A stretch of DNA of 64,000 nt from a bacterium. Its GTDB lineage: Bacteria > SZUA-182 > DTGQ01 > JAFGSM01. The stretch spans positions 10,598-74,597 of the forward strand of contig JBLIRO010000013.1 in assembly GCA_049472335.1 (NCBI GenBank), in the 5' to 3' direction. A program made the position numbers and the translations under genes. A model generated the notes under the pieces. The model saw only the letters and a program-made list of their open reading frames with translations, was not told the origin of the DNA and made no database searches. This document shows, one piece after another, positions 1-11,321 of the stretch. The first letter of the stretch is position 1. Each line of letters starts with the position of its first letter.

Positions 1-1
1 A

Positions 2-106
2 AGAGACATAAGGGAGATGCAGATGACCGAGCTCATCATAGCCCCTGCCATAAAGACTGAAGGCAAGGTGTTTCAAAAATTTCAGCACGTCGGGATGTGT
101 AAATAA
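2..106 (+). CDS. guaB: 3' end of IMP dehydrogenase-family protein (GuaB3-like), partial
   Basis: Manual translation RDIREMQMTELIIAPAIKTEGKVFQKFQHVGMCK* resembles GuaB3-type C-termini; lies 3 nt upstream of guaA. Confidence 0.7.
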   Translation, partial: RDIREMQMTELIIAPAIKTEGKVFQKFQHVGMCK

Positions 107-109
107 TCC

Positions 110-1657
110 ATGAACATCCATGAAGAAAAGATCATTATACTTGATTTCGGCTCTCAATACAGCCAGCTTATTGCCCGCAGGGTCAGGGAAAACCGTGTCT
201 ATTGTGAGATACTTCCCTACAATACCTCCTATGAGGAGATAAAAAAGCAGGGACCTAAAGGGATTATTCTTTCCGGGGGGCCCCATAGCGTTTATGAGCC
301 AGACGCCCCTCTCCCTGAAAAAGAGATCCTCCAGGGTGAGTTTCCCATCCTGGGGATATGCTACGGGATGCAGCTCCTGGCATATATGCTGGATGGGGAG
401 GTTTTAAAGGCCCAAAACAGGGAGTATGGCCATTCCAGGCTTCGGATCTCCGAGTTTTCAAACCTGTTCCATGGTTTTGAAGACAACACGCATCAGGTCT
501 GGATGAGCCACGCGGACCGTGTAGTCAAGCTGCCGCCGGGTTTTATTCCCATTGCCGAAACCGATAACTCCCCTACGGCGGTTATGATGAGAAAGGATAA
601 ACCGGTCTTCGGGGTGCAGTTTCATCCGGAGGTCGTTCACACCCCTGACGGGAATCGTATTATTCAGAATTTTCTCTTTCGTATCTGTAATTGCCAATCC
701 AACTGGACCATGGCCTCTTTTATTGATTATACTATCAACCGGATCAAAGAAGAGGTTAAAGGCGCGAAGGTTATATGCGCCTTAAGCGGGGGAGTGGACT
801 CTTCGGTAACCTCGCTCATAATCCATAAGTCCATAGGAAGTCAACTGACATGTGTCTTTGTCAATAATGGTGTCCTGAGAATGGGCGAGGAATGGAATGT
901 CCGTCAGACATTTCAGGAGCATTTTCACATGAACATGGTATATGTGGATGCCCGGGAAAGATTCCTGTCCAGGCTGGCGGGAGTGACAGATCCGGAGAAA
1001 AAGAGAAAGATTATCGGCAATGAATTCATATTTCTGTTTGAGGAGGAAGCAAAAAAGATCCCGGGCGTAAAGTTTTTGGCTCAGGGGACACTTTACCCGG
1101 ATGTAATAGAGAGTGTCTCTGTCAAGGGGCCTTCAGCGACCATAAAATCTCATCACAATGTGGGCGGCTTGCCTGACAAGATGAACCTTATGCTTATAGA
1201 GCCTTTAAGGGAGCTTTTTAAGGACGAGGTCAGGATGGTCGGCAGAGAGCTGGGTTTGCCTGAGGCAATCATCAATCGTCAGCCATTTCCAGGTCCGGGA
1301 TTGGCTATCAGGATCCTGGGCGATGTTACAAAAGAGAGGCTGGAAATATTGCGCCAGGCCGACGTAATAGTTCTGGAGGAGATAAAGGATGCCGGACTTT
1401 ATGAAGAGATATGGCAATCCTTTGCTGTTTTGCTGCCGGTAAGGACCGTGGGTGTAATGGGGGATGAGAGGACATACGATAACGTCATTACAGTGAGGGC
1501 GGTTACCAGTCAGGATGGGATGACAGCGGATTGGGCGCGACTACCCAATGATCTCCTGGGAAGGATATCCAACAGGATAATCAATGAGGTTAAGGGAGTG
1601 AACCGGGTGGTTTATGATATAAGCTCCAAGCCGCCGAGCACTATTGAATGGGAATAA
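110..1657 (+). CDS. guaA: GMP synthase (glutamine-hydrolysing)
   Basis: [37 protein letters not shown] and C-terminal KPPSTIEWE motifs. Confidence 0.98.
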   Translation: MNIHEEKIIILDFGSQYSQLIARRVRENRVYCEILPYNTSYEEIKKQGPKGIILSGGPHSVYEPDAPLPEKEILQGEFPILGICYGMQLLAYMLDGEVLKAQNREYGHSRLRISEFSNLFHGFEDNTHQVWMSHADRVVKLPPGFIPIAETDNSPTAVMMRKDKPVFGVQFHPEVVHTPDGNRIIQNFLFRICNCQSNWTMASFIDYTINRIKEEVKGAKVICALSGGVDSSVTSLIIHKSIGSQLTCVFVNNGVLRMGEEWNVRQTFQEHFHMNMVYVDARERFLSRLAGVTDPEKKRKIIGNEFIFLFEEEAKKIPGVKFLAQGTLYPDVIESVSVKGPSATIKSHHNVGGLPDKMNLMLIEPLRELFKDEVRMVGRELGLPEAIINRQPFPGPGLAIRILGDVTKERLEILRQADVIVLEEIKDAGLYEEIWQSFAVLLPVRTVGVMGDERTYDNVITVRAVTSQDGMTADWARLPNDLLGRISNRIINEVKGVNRVVYDISSKPPSTIEWE

Positions 1658-1685
1658 GAGGAACAATAAAGAGGGAGGTACGATC

Positions 1686-1919
1686 ATGAAGAAGGTAACG
1701 GTATATTCAACCTCAACCTGTCCTTACTGTAAGATGCTCAAAGATTTTTTGAAGGGTAAAAATGTGTCGTTTGAAAATCTGGATGTCGGGGAGAATCATG
1801 CAGCGGCAAAAGAAATGAAGGAAAAATCCGGACAGTTGGGGGTGCCTGTTGTGGATATAGAGGGAAAGATAATAGTTGGCTTTGAGAAAGAGCAAATAAC
1901 GAAGGAACTGGGTATATAG
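1686..1919 (+). CDS. Glutaredoxin-like protein (NrdH/YruB family)
   Basis: CPYC active site, GQLGVPV; GGAGG RBS precedes ATG 1686. Confidence 0.9.
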   Translation: MKKVTVYSTSTCPYCKMLKDFLKGKNVSFENLDVGENHAAAKEMKEKSGQLGVPVVDIEGKIIVGFEKEQITKELGI

Positions 1920-1980
1920 TATAGAGGAGAATGGACCGCTATTATCAAAATTTGAATTGCCTTGACATAGGACGACGAAA

Positions 1981-2883
1981 ATGTATGATTTGCTGATTGT
2001 GGGGGCCGGGCCGGCAGGGATAACTGCCGGGGTGTATGCGGCACGCAAGAGGATGGATTTTCTGGTTATATCAAAAGATATAGGGGGACAGACCCTCAAT
2101 AGCTGGGATATAGAGAACTATACCGGTTATCAGTTTATCACAGGCCCCGAGTTGGTTCAGAAGTTTAAAGAACATCTGGAGCAGTTCCATATAGAAGTCA
2201 AAGAAAACGAGGAGATAACCCTGATAAAAAAAGACTCGGACAAATTCATTATAGAAACGAATAAAGATACCTATGAAGCGAAGACGGCTATTATTGCGTC
2301 TGGCCGCAAGCCCAGACTTTTGGAAGTGGATGGTGAAGATAGATTCAGGAATAAAGGTGTGACCTATTGCGCCACTTGTGATGGTCCTTTATTTGCGGAT
2401 ATGGATGTCGCGGTTATAGGAGGAGGAAATTCCGCGCTGGAATCAGTATTACAATTGACAAAGATTGCCAAAAAGATCTATCTTGTGGATATCGCTCCCC
2501 GGCTCATCGCTGATCCGATCATGATTGAAAAGGCAGAGGCGAGCCCGAAGGTAATAATTTATAATAGTACAAAAGTAGAAAAGATTTACGGTGATAATTT
2601 CGTTCAGGGGCTCAGGATTACGCATAAGGATAAAACAGAAGACTTGCCGGTTCAGGGGATTTTTATAGAGATCGGGTCCGTCCCTTCTTCCGGTTTTGTA
2701 AAGGATGTCAAAAAGAACGGGGTGGGAGAGATAATGATTAACTGCAGGTCCGAAACCAATGTGCCGGGGCTCTTCGCAGCGGGTGATGTGACGGATGTAC
2801 CGGCTAAGCAGATTATCGTTGCATGTGGTGAAGGCGCAAAAGCCGCGCTCAGGGCTTTTGAATATTTGAGCAAAAACAGGTAA
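1981..2883 (+). CDS. trxB: Thioredoxin reductase / AhpF C-terminal-like FAD disulfide reductase
   Basis: GAGPAG, CATCDG, GGGNSA, GLFAAGD motifs. Confidence 0.9.
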   Translation: MYDLLIVGAGPAGITAGVYAARKRMDFLVISKDIGGQTLNSWDIENYTGYQFITGPELVQKFKEHLEQFHIEVKENEEITLIKKDSDKFIIETNKDTYEAKTAIIASGRKPRLLEVDGEDRFRNKGVTYCATCDGPLFADMDVAVIGGGNSALESVLQLTKIAKKIYLVDIAPRLIADPIMIEKAEASPKVIIYNSTKVEKIYGDNFVQGLRITHKDKTEDLPVQGIFIEIGSVPSSGFVKDVKKNGVGEIMINCRSETNVPGLFAAGDVTDVPAKQIIVACGEGAKAALRAFEYLSKNR

Positions 2884-2899
2884 AAGGAGGTATTGAAAA

Positions 2900-3064
2900 A
2901 TGGATAGATATGTATGCACAGTATGTGGTTATGTCTATGATCCGGCAGAGGGAGACCCTGAATCCGGTATCGAGCCGGGGACGTCTTTTGATGAGCTTCC
3001 GGATGATTGGGTATGTCCGGTTTGCGGCGCATCTAAAGACGAGTTTGAGAAGGAAGAGGAATAA
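2900..3064 (+). CDS. Rubredoxin (54 aa, not in ORF track)
   Basis: Manual translation [54 protein letters not shown]; two CxxC; AGGAGG RBS. Confidence 0.97.
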   Translation: MDRYVCTVCGYVYDPAEGDPESGIEPGTSFDELPDDWVCPVCGASKDEFEKEEE

Positions 3065-3113
3065 AAGGAACAGGGATTAATATAAAACAGGAATTAATTT
3101 AAGAGCAATAACT

Positions 3114-6100
3114 ATGTCAGAATTCGTACACCTCCATTGTCATACATCCTATAGCCTTTTGGATGGTGCCTGCAGGATCGATCAGCTTCTGGATCAAGCC
3201 AGGACATTCGGCATGGATTCTCTTGCCATAACGGACCACGGTTCCATGTTCGGAACCATAGAGTTCTATCAAGGCGCCAAAAAGAGGGGGCTGTCGCCCA
3301 TCCTGGGGTGCGAAACCTATCTGGCCCCTGAAAGCCGCTTCACCAAGTCCGGCCACGGCATACATGACGCGGCCTATCATCTTGTGCTCCTGGCAGAAAA
3401 CACAGAAGGTTATTACAATCTCGTGCGTCTTGTATCTTCCGGTTATTTGGAGGGTTTTTATTATCGTCCCAGAATCGATAAGGAAATACTTGCCCAATAT
3501 AGCAAAGGACTTATAGGGATGAGCGCCTGTCTGAAGGGAGAGATCCCTGCTTTATTATTGGCGGGAAAGGAAAAGGAAGCAAAAAAGGTTGCCGGGGAAT
3601 ATGCGGATATCTTCGGCAAAGAGAACTTTTTCCTGGAGATTATGGATAACGATCTTCCAGAGCAGAAAAAGGTCAATCCCGGTTTGATAAAGCTGGGCAA
3701 AGACCTGGGACTCGGAATAGTCGCCACGAACGATTGTCATTATCTCTACCGGGAAGATAGCTCCGCCCATGAGGTGCTCCTATGTCTTCAAACAGGTAAA
3801 ACACTTGATGATCCAAAGCGTATGAGTATGTCTAGCGACCAATTTTACTTTCGAAGCCCTGAGGAGATGATCAGTATTTTCAAGGATTATCCCGAAGCCA
3901 TCTCAAATACCCTTTCTATTGCCGGACGATGCAGTGTGGACATAGAGTTTGGAAAGATTCACCTCCCCCGTTATCAAACACCCGGTGATATAGGCCTTGA
4001 TGAATATCTGAAAAAACTGGCATATGAAGGGCTCCACCGGAGATATCCCTGGCTTGAAAAAGGGGGAAACACGGAAGATGAGAAACAGAGAGGGGAAGAA
4101 ATAAACAAGAGGCTGGAAAAGGAGCTGGAAATCATAGCCAAGATGGGCTATCCCGGGTACTTTCTTATTGTGTGGGATTTTATAAATTACGCCCGTCAGA
4201 AAGGGGTACCTGTAGGGCCAGGTCGTGGTTCGGCCGCGGGTAGCCTTGTAGCTTATTCTCTCGGCATCACGGACCTCGATCCCCTGGATTACGGACTCTT
4301 GTTTGAGCGGTTCCTGAATCCCGAAAGGGTCAGCATGCCGGATATTGATGTGGACTTTTGCATGAACCGCAGGGATGAGGTCATCGAGTATGTGACCAAT
4401 AAGTATGGCAAGGATAATGTCGCCCAGATCATTACGTTTGGAACGATGGCGGCTCGAGGCGTGGTGCGTGATGTGGGAAGGGTCCTGGGCATGTCTTATG
4501 GAGAAGTGGATAAATTGGCTAAGATGATCCCCAACATCCTTAAGATTACCCTTAAAGATGCTATCGAGATGGAGTCCAGGCTCAAAAACCTTATTCAAAG
4601 CAACCCCGAGATTGCCCGCCTTTTCCAGATTAGTCAGGCACTGGAAGGGCTTGCCAGGCATGCGTCAACTCATGCCGCCGGTATAGTTATTACCCCGGAC
4701 CCCTTGGTAGAGTATCTTCCTCTCTATCGCGGGCAAAAGGGTGAAGTTGTAACCCAATTTACTATGGGGGACGTGGAAAAGATAGGTCTTTTAAAGATGG
4801 ATTTTCTGGGCCTTAGAACGCTCACCGTTATCCAGGACACCCTCAAACTTATCAAAGAGGCGAGAGAAGAAACGGTCGATCTGAGCCGCATTTCCATGAA
4901 GGATCGTAAGACCTTCAATCTTCTTAAATCCGCGCGAACAGTAGGGGTGTTCCAGCTTGAAAGCACGGGCATGAGAGACCTTCTCCGAAGGCTGAAGCCG
5001 GAAAACTTCGAGGACCTCATTGCGCTTGTCGCGCTGTTTCGTCCCGGCCCCCTGGGAAGCGGAATGGTGGACGATTTTATCAAGCGCAAGCACGGTCATG
5101 TGGAGATCACCTACGATCATCCGAAATTAAAGCGGATACTCAAAGAAACCTATGGTATCATTGTATACCAGGAGCAGGTGATGCAGATCGCTTCTGAGCT
5201 GGCAGGTTTTACACTGGGACAGGCGGATCTGCTCAGAAGGGCAATGGGTAAAAAGAAACAAAAGGTGATGGATGAACAGCGGGCCCATTTTCTCGAAGGA
5301 ACCAGGAAAAACGGGATTCCGGATGATCTCGCTCAAAAGGTCTTTGATCTTATGTCCTATTTTGCCGGTTATGGTTTCAATAAGTCCCATAGCGCTGCTT
5401 ATGCCCTTATCTCATATCAAACAGCGTATCTTAAGGCGCATTACCCTGTGGAGTTTATGGCCGCACTGCTTACAAGTGAAATGGAAAATACGGATAAGGT
5501 AGTGAAATATATAGCTGAGGCCAGGGAGATGAAGATAAAGACCCTGCCTCCTGATGTCAATGAGAGCTCGGTAACCTTTCGAGTGGTAAAGGATCACATA
5601 CGTTTTGGTTTGGCGGCGGTGAAGAACGTGGGTGAAACCGCAGTAAGGTCCATATTGGAGGCGAGAGAAAAGGACGGCTCATTCCTTTCCCTGTACGACT
5701 TTTGCAAGAGAGTGGATCTCAGGGTGGTAAACAAGAGGGTCATTGAAAGCCTCATTAATTGTGGCGCCTTTGATTCCCTGAAGGTCAAAAGATCTCAGCT
5801 TATGGCAATTTCAGACCAGGCTATGGACCTTGCCCAGCAGGCCCAGAAAGCTACACAAAGCAGGCAGATCGGACTTTTTGCCATTGACAATTCCGGTGAT
5901 GGAGACGCTGAACCCGGTATTGACCTTCCTGATATCCCGGAATGGCCGGAGTCTCAGAGATTGACGGCTGAAAAGGAGGTTTTGGGTTTCTATCTTACCG
6001 GACATCCCCTTACAAGGTTCAATAACAAATTACGAAAATATACCACCTATTCTTCTCAAAACCTCTTGAATGCCCATGATGGCGGGAATGTAAACCTGGG

Positions 6101-6584
6101 AGGCATACTCAGCCTTACAAAAGAGATTACGACAAAAAAGGGAGAGAGGATGGGATTTGCCAATTTGGAGGACCTTTATGGAGTCGTAGAGATTGTACTT
6201 TTCCCTGAGTTGTACAAGGCAAGCCTTCCGATGATCGAGGAGGAAATCCCGGTAATAGTAAAGGGCCAGGTTGATATTAAAGAGGATATGGCAAAGGTTA
6301 CTGCCACGGAGGTTATCGCCCTTTCGGATGCGGATAAGCATTTTGCCAGGAATATTCATATAAAGATGTTTATCCCCGATTTGACGGAAGAATGCCTCAA
6401 AAAGCTTCATAATCTGTGTTATCAACACAGGGGCAATTGCCACCTTTATCTTCATCTTGAAAGCGCCGGGGGAGACGAGGTGGTGTTAAAACCGGAATCC
6501 AAGATCAAAATCGAACCTAAAGAGCCCTTTTTGGAAGCAGTGGAAGGCCTTCTTGGCAAGGATTCCTTTTATTTGGAAAGTTAG
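3114..6584 (+). CDS. dnaE: DNA polymerase III subunit alpha
   Basis: PHP domain (HLHCHTSYSLLDG), GPGRGSAAGS, PDIDVDF, YGFNKSHS. Confidence 0.98.
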   Translation: MSEFVHLHCHTSYSLLDGACRIDQLLDQARTFGMDSLAITDHGSMFGTIEFYQGAKKRGLSPILGCETYLAPESRFTKSGHGIHDAAYHLVLLAENTEGYYNLVRLVSSGYLEGFYYRPRIDKEILAQYSKGLIGMSACLKGEIPALLLAGKEKEAKKVAGEYADIFGKENFFLEIMDNDLPEQKKVNPGLIKLGKDLGLGIVATNDCHYLYREDSSAHEVLLCLQTGKTLDDPKRMSMSSDQFYFRSPEEMISIFKDYPEAISNTLSIAGRCSVDIEFGKIHLPRYQTPGDIGLDEYLKKLAYEGLHRRYPWLEKGGNTEDEKQRGEEINKRLEKELEIIAKMGYPGYFLIVWDFINYARQKGVPVGPGRGSAAGSLVAYSLGITDLDPLDYGLLFERFLNPERVSMPDIDVDFCMNRRDEVIEYVTNKYGKDNVAQIITFGTMAARGVVRDVGRVLGMSYGEVDKLAKMIPNILKITLKDAIEMESRLKNLIQSNPEIARLFQISQALEGLARHASTHAAGIVITPDPLVEYLPLYRGQKGEVVTQFTMGDVEKIGLLKMDFLGLRTLTVIQDTLKLIKEAREETVDLSRISMKDRKTFNLLKSARTVGVFQLESTGMRDLLRRLKPENFEDLIALVALFRPGPLGSGMVDDFIKRKHGHVEITYDHPKLKRILKETYGIIVYQEQVMQIASELAGFTLGQADLLRRAMGKKKQKVMDEQRAHFLEGTRKNGIPDDLAQKVFDLMSYFAGYGFNKSHSAAYALISYQTAYLKAHYPVEFMAALLTSEMENTDKVVKYIAEAREMKIKTLPPDVNESSVTFRVVKDHIRFGLAAVKNVGETAVRSILEAREKDGSFLSLYDFCKRVDLRVVNKRVIESLINCGAFDSLKVKRSQLMAISDQAMDLAQQAQKATQSRQIGLFAIDNSGDGDAEPGIDLPDIPEWPESQRLTAEKEVLGFYLTGHPLTRFNNKLRKYTTYSSQNLLNAHDGGNVNLGGILSLTKEITTKKGERMGFANLEDLYGVVEIVLFPELYKASLPMIEEEIPVIVKGQVDIKEDMAKVTATEVIALSDADKHFARNIHIKMFIPDLTEECLKKLHNLCYQHRGNCHLYLHLESAGGDEVVLKPESKIKIEPKEPFLEAVEGLLGKDSFYLES

Positions 6585-6631
6585 ATATGATGTATATAGA
6601 AAATGGTGCATATATAAAAAGGAAGGGATGA

Positions 6632-7591
6632 ATGGCCGATACCGTTTTGGATTTCGAAAAACCTTTTGTAGATCTGGATGAACTGATCCAGGAAACTCAA
6701 AAGCGTATATCTGACTGGAATCCTGAAGTAAAATCCGAGCTGAGAAAGCTAAAGCGCAAAAGGGTAAAACTTTACAGGGAGCTTTATCCAGGTCTTACAC
6801 CATGGCAGAGGACTCAACTGGCACGCCATCCGGACCGTCCATACACTCTGGACTATATCAATCTCATGTGTGAAGATGCAATAGAGATCCATGGGGATAG
6901 AAGGTTTGCCGATGATCATGCCATTGTTACATGTCTTGCTAAAATGGATGGTGAGCCATTGGTTGTTATCGGCCATCAGAAGGGGAGGGGGACAAAAGAA
7001 AATATCTTTCGCAATTTTGGAATGCCCAATCCGGAAGGATACCGGAAAGCCCTGAGGGCCATGTTGCTGGCGGAAAAATTTAACATTCCGGTCCTGACAC
7101 TTATTGATACGCCCGGCGCGTATCCCGGGATCGGTGCTGAGGAGAGGGGGCAGGCCGAGGCCATTGCAAAAAATCTTTATGAAATGGCGAGATTAAGAAC
7201 CCCGATTGTCTCACTGGTCATAGGTGAGGGCGGCAGCGGAGGCGCGCTTGGCATAGGTGTGACAGACAGGATCTTGATGCTTGAGAACAGCATTTATTCT
7301 GTCATATCACCAGAGGCTTGTGCGACAATACTGTGGAAGAATAGAGAAAAGGCAATGGATGTTGCGGAAGCTCTTAAAATGACAGCCCAGGATCTCTTAC
7401 AATTCAAGATCATTGATGAAGTGGTTAAAGAACCTCTCGGGGGAGCCCATAGAGATTATACCCAGGCCACCCATATTGTCCGCCGTGTTATTCGCCGCCA
7501 TATCGCGGAATTGAAAAGCATCCCTTTAGATGAGCTTATATTGAAAAGATACGAGAAATACCGCAGTATTGGGGTATATAGAGAAGCGTGA
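6632..7591 (+). CDS. accA: Acetyl-CoA carboxylase carboxyltransferase subunit alpha
   Basis: ARHPDRP, DTPGAYPG, GEGGSGGALG; follows dnaE as is common. Confidence 0.97.
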   Translation: MADTVLDFEKPFVDLDELIQETQKRISDWNPEVKSELRKLKRKRVKLYRELYPGLTPWQRTQLARHPDRPYTLDYINLMCEDAIEIHGDRRFADDHAIVTCLAKMDGEPLVVIGHQKGRGTKENIFRNFGMPNPEGYRKALRAMLLAEKFNIPVLTLIDTPGAYPGIGAEERGQAEAIAKNLYEMARLRTPIVSLVIGEGGSGGALGIGVTDRILMLENSIYSVISPEACATILWKNREKAMDVAEALKMTAQDLLQFKIIDEVVKEPLGGAHRDYTQATHIVRRVIRRHIAELKSIPLDELILKRYEKYRSIGVYREA

Positions 7592-7667
7592 ACGTAAAAT
7601 AATCAAACTGATTTCAGTTAGATTATAGACAGATTCAGATTAAAATCTTTGAACCCCCTTCTTTTTT

Positions 7668-9383
7668 ATGAATCTACTAACTCAAGAAGATCTGGAACGA
7701 ACCCTTACCAGAATTGACGGGCGCGGGTACAAGGCCTACAAAGATATCAAAGGCGCCTATTCCTTTCCCGGATTTACCCTGTTTATTGACCATGTACAAG
7801 GGGATCCCTTTGCCTCTCCCAGCCGTCTGAGGGCAAGGGTGCCTCAAAAGAGGGCGGGATATCCCCCGGAAACCTTTACACCAAAAAGCAGGGAGGTAGC
7901 CCTGTGTTCCTATCTTACTGAAAGATTTGCCCTGAAGGCCAGACGTCTCTCCACCAGAAAAGGTTCAGGAAAAAGCGGACTCATACAGATCGATGCACCG
8001 GGCCAGGAGATCCTTGAGAGGACCTCCATGAATATTTCTACAGAGCATCTGGAGGCAAGGTTCGTGGTGGGTCTTCCCGCTGACGGGAGAAGGGTCAAGG
8101 GCGGGGAGGCCATCCAGATCCTGTGTCGTCATATCCCGGCGATAATTTCTGAGGGTTTGCTATATGAAAACAATGACAAGAATAAGATTGAGCGATATGT
8201 GAAGGTAAACCAGGATGCAGATTATCTCCGTGCGGCCCTTAAAGAAAAAGACCTTGTTGCATTTGTCGCAGATGAAAGTATTCTCCCAAGGTGGTCTGGA
8301 GTGGATGACAGGCCGCTTCAAACCGGTGATGTTATTTCTTTTAGATCCCCGGAAAGTCTGAGGTTTGCATTTAATCTCCCTAACCATGGTCATGTTAGCG
8401 GGATGGGTATACCACAGGGAGTGACCCTGATTGTAGGCGGAGGGTTTCATGGGAAGTCTACCCTGCTGAATGCACTGGAGCTGGGGATTTATAACCACAA
8501 ACCCGGAGATGGAAGGGAATTTGTAGTTACTGATCCCGGGGCTGTGAAAATCAGGGCGGAGGATGGCCGGAGGGTATGGGGGGTAAATATATCCCCCTTT
8601 ATAACAAACCTTCCCTATGGACAGGATACGACATTTTTCTGCTCGGACAACGCGTCCGGTTCCACCTCCCAGGCCGCCAATATTATCGAGGCCCTGGAGG
8701 TGGGGGCCACATTGCTTCTTGTGGATGAAGACACAGCAGCCACCAATTTTATGATCCGTGACCATCGTATGCAGGAACTGGTGAACAAAGATAAGGAACC
8801 GATCACGCCTTTTATAGACAAGGTAAGACAGCTTTATCAGGACCTTGGCGTATCGACAATACTCGTCATAGGAGGAAGCGGAGATTATTTTGATGTCGCG
8901 GATACTGTTATAGCCATGGAAAACTATGTGCCAAAAGATGTAACAAGTGATGCCAGGGAAATTGCCATAAGATACAGGGCTGAGCGTAAATCTGAGGGAG
9001 GCGGGGAATTTGGCCAAATCACACCCAGGGTCCCCCTTGCCGGAAGTATAGATCCCAGCCGCGGCCGGAGGGAGGTAAACATAAAGACGAGAGGCCTGCG
9101 GCTTGTTCAGTTCGGTGAGGAAACCATCGATCTCAGCGCCATTGAGCAGCTCGTAGACTTCAGCCAGACAAGGGCGTTGGCAGACGCCCTGTTTTACGCA
9201 AGGGAACACCATATGAATAATCATAATACTACACGGGATGTATTAGAAGCCGTGATGACAGACATACAAAGAAAGGGCCTGGATGTATTAAACAGAAGAC
9301 CTATTGGAGATTATGCTATATTCAGGAAATTCGAGCTCGCTGCGGCATTGAATCGTTTACGTTCCCTTGATGTCGCTAAATGA
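7668..9383 (+). CDS. Predicted ABC-class ATPase (COG3044-like)
   Basis: DHVQGDPFASPS, Walker A GGGFHGKST, ASGSTSQAAN, LLVDEDTAATNFMIRD. Confidence 0.85.
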   Translation: MNLLTQEDLERTLTRIDGRGYKAYKDIKGAYSFPGFTLFIDHVQGDPFASPSRLRARVPQKRAGYPPETFTPKSREVALCSYLTERFALKARRLSTRKGSGKSGLIQIDAPGQEILERTSMNISTEHLEARFVVGLPADGRRVKGGEAIQILCRHIPAIISEGLLYENNDKNKIERYVKVNQDADYLRAALKEKDLVAFVADESILPRWSGVDDRPLQTGDVISFRSPESLRFAFNLPNHGHVSGMGIPQGVTLIVGGGFHGKSTLLNALELGIYNHKPGDGREFVVTDPGAVKIRAEDGRRVWGVNISPFITNLPYGQDTTFFCSDNASGSTSQAANIIEALEVGATLLLVDEDTAATNFMIRDHRMQELVNKDKEPITPFIDKVRQLYQDLGVSTILVIGGSGDYFDVADTVIAMENYVPKDVTSDAREIAIRYRAERKSEGGGEFGQITPRVPLAGSIDPSRGRREVNIKTRGLRLVQFGEETIDLSAIEQLVDFSQTRALADALFYAREHHMNNHNTTRDVLEAVMTDIQRKGLDVLNRRPIGDYAIFRKFELAAALNRLRSLDVAK

Positions 9384-9531
9384 AAAAGAAAAAGGGGACA
9401 GATCCTAATTCTTTGTATTTACTAGTAATTTTTAGGGCATGGAAGACACATGGTTAATGATCTTTTTATCAAAAACAGTCTTATATCAAGAAATATTTTT
9501 TTAAAGCCATTAAACAAAAGGAGGAATTAAG

Positions 9532-9813
9532 ATGGTAACGGCGCTTGTTCTTTTAACCGTACAGAGAGATAAAGTAAATGATGTGGCGGATAAACTTGCA
9601 TCCATGGATGGTGTGTCCGAGGTTTACTCACTTGCAGGCAGGTATGATCTTGCCGCAATAATAAGAGTCTCTAAAAACGAAGGATTGTCGGAATTGGTTA
9701 CAAATCACATGTTAAAGGTTGAGGGGATTATCAAGTCAGAAACCCTTATAGCTTTTCGTGTGTATTCTAGACATGACTTAGAGATCATGTTTTCAATAGG
9801 CTTGGAAGAGTAA
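9532..9813 (+). CDS. Stand-alone Lrp/AsnC ligand-binding domain protein
   Basis: GVSEVYSLAGRYDLAAII pattern, 93 aa, GGAGG RBS. Confidence 0.85.
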   Translation: MVTALVLLTVQRDKVNDVADKLASMDGVSEVYSLAGRYDLAAIIRVSKNEGLSELVTNHMLKVEGIIKSETLIAFRVYSRHDLEIMFSIGLEE

Positions 9814-9822
9814 CTTGTCTTA

Positions 9823-9849
9823 TTAGGGCGGGAAAAAGTCCCGCCCTAA
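9823..9849. terminator. Hairpin between convergent genes, probable bidirectional terminator
   Basis: TTAGGGCGGGA-AAAAG-TCCCGCCCTAA, perfect 11-bp stem. Confidence 0.75.
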
Positions 9850-9857
9850 ATGTATAT

Positions 9858-11321
9858 CTATGGAATGATTCGAATTGAATCGGTTCCTATAATGGATGTA
9901 CCATCATTCAAATTGCCGGTCAAGGTTGCTATTGTATCGTCTTCTGAGAATATATCGGCATTTTCAAATTGAGCTACAAGGTCTTGATATTCATCCTCAT
10001 TAACATCTTCATAATTAATAAGTAGAATATCATTTTTGACTGCTTTGATTTTTAAAAGCTCTTCTAATCTCAAGCTTGCAAAATCAATATCTTTTACATT
10101 AAAGTCAGGACCACCTAAAACAGCAACAGAAATTACACCTTTTCCGTTTTTGTTGATAGCGTTCGGTTCTCCACCGGGCTTAATATCTATTGTGACTTCC
10201 TTAAGCGGTGGTGTCCATAAGAATGCGAATGGAATAAAATTTTCGGGTGAGTAACCCATACCCGTAACCTGCCCATGGTCATTAATGTCCGTCACCCATA
10301 AAATATATGGTTCTCCAATCATCTCTCCAAAATCAATCATCCCACTATCTTCTGAATAGATAAAAGCAGCCGAATCCAAAGGGAAACCCCCTGGATCCTG
10401 TTTTTCACAAATGCCAACAAGCTGCCCTTTATTATTAATGGCAGTGGCCTGAGAATAATTCATTCCTGGTAATGTTCCAATATTCATCATACCCTTTTCT
10501 TCGCTCCAGAAAAAGGCATAATGATCAACAGCATAACACTCATCTTCAGCACATTCATATCTCCAGGAATTGCCCACGACTTCATTCTTGTCATTGATAC
10601 CTATAGCCCAGGATTCTGTTCTGCCGGGAAGAGTTCCAAGATCTCTCATTCCATTATCTTTTGTCCATTTGAAGGCATGACCCTCAAAATCGTCAGTCAT
10701 ACTATCACCAACAATATGACCAAGATTATTAATAGCGGCACCGCCACTATAACTATAATGCCCGCTTCCAAGTGATCCCAGATCTCTTATCATGCCATCT
10801 TCCAAAAGAAATGCTGTCGATGAACCCGATTCAGTTGATCTTGAACCAGTGATTTGGCCCTGGTTATTAATCCCCCCTGCCCCTGAAAAGCCTTCACCGA
10901 GTAAAGGTTTAAGGCTTATCATTCCACTATCCTCTGTATAGAGGAAAGCACTATAGCTTTCATAATAACCATAATCGGATATAATGGCCATATCACCAAC
11001 GATGTCACCATTTTCATTGATATCATTTGCCCAGGTCCAGATTTTTTCATCTGTACCCATATTGAGTAATTTAAATCCTTTATCTTTCGACCAGGTAAAA
11101 GCGTGCACCTCGTCTGGTTCATAACCCCCTGGTATAAGTTTTGTCACAGTACCAGCAACTTCCCCTTTGTTATTAACAGCATTGATACCTATAAAATCAT
11201 AATCTATTCCTTCAGGTTCGATGATTGTCAGTTCTGCTGAAATTGTCCGGATACTTGTTAACAGTGCAAATACGATTACAAATAATATTGATGCTATTAT
11301 TTTACTGATTTTCCTTTTCAT
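9858..11321 (-). CDS. Secreted HAF-repeat (extracellular repeat) protein
   Basis: Signal peptide; repeated (H/Y)AF-x-W...GM-x-DLG-x-L...A-x-x-INN-x-GQ-x-VG units; C-terminal IDIKPG...DVNED domain. Confidence 0.85.
   Translation of the reverse strand: MKRKISKIIASILFVIVFALLTSIRTISAELTIIEPEGIDYDFIGINAVNNKGEVAGTVTKLIPGGYEPDEVHAFTWSKDKGFKLLNMGTDEKIWTWANDINENGDIVGDMAIISDYGYYESYSAFLYTEDSGMISLKPLLGEGFSGAGGINNQGQITGSRSTESGSSTAFLLEDGMIRDLGSLGSGHYSYSGGAAINNLGHIVGDSMTDDFEGHAFKWTKDNGMRDLGTLPGRTESWAIGINDKNEVVGNSWRYECAEDECYAVDHYAFFWSEEKGMMNIGTLPGMNYSQATAINNKGQLVGICEKQDPGGFPLDSAAFIYSEDSGMIDFGEMIGEPYILWVTDINDHGQVTGMGYSPENFIPFAFLWTPPLKEVTIDIKPGGEPNAINKNGKGVISVAVLGGPDFNVKDIDFASLRLEELLKIKAVKNDILLINYEDVNEDEYQDLVAQFENADIFSEDDTIATLTGNLNDGTSIIGTDSIRIIP

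Noticed and set aside
1644..1685. Extended N-terminus of the glutaredoxin in the ORF track
   Set aside because: Overlaps guaA; the strong RBS supports ATG 1686
8160..9224. Long antisense ORFs (354 aa here; also 3903-4661, 25872-26474, 50937-51605)
   Set aside because: Shadow frames opposite well-supported genes
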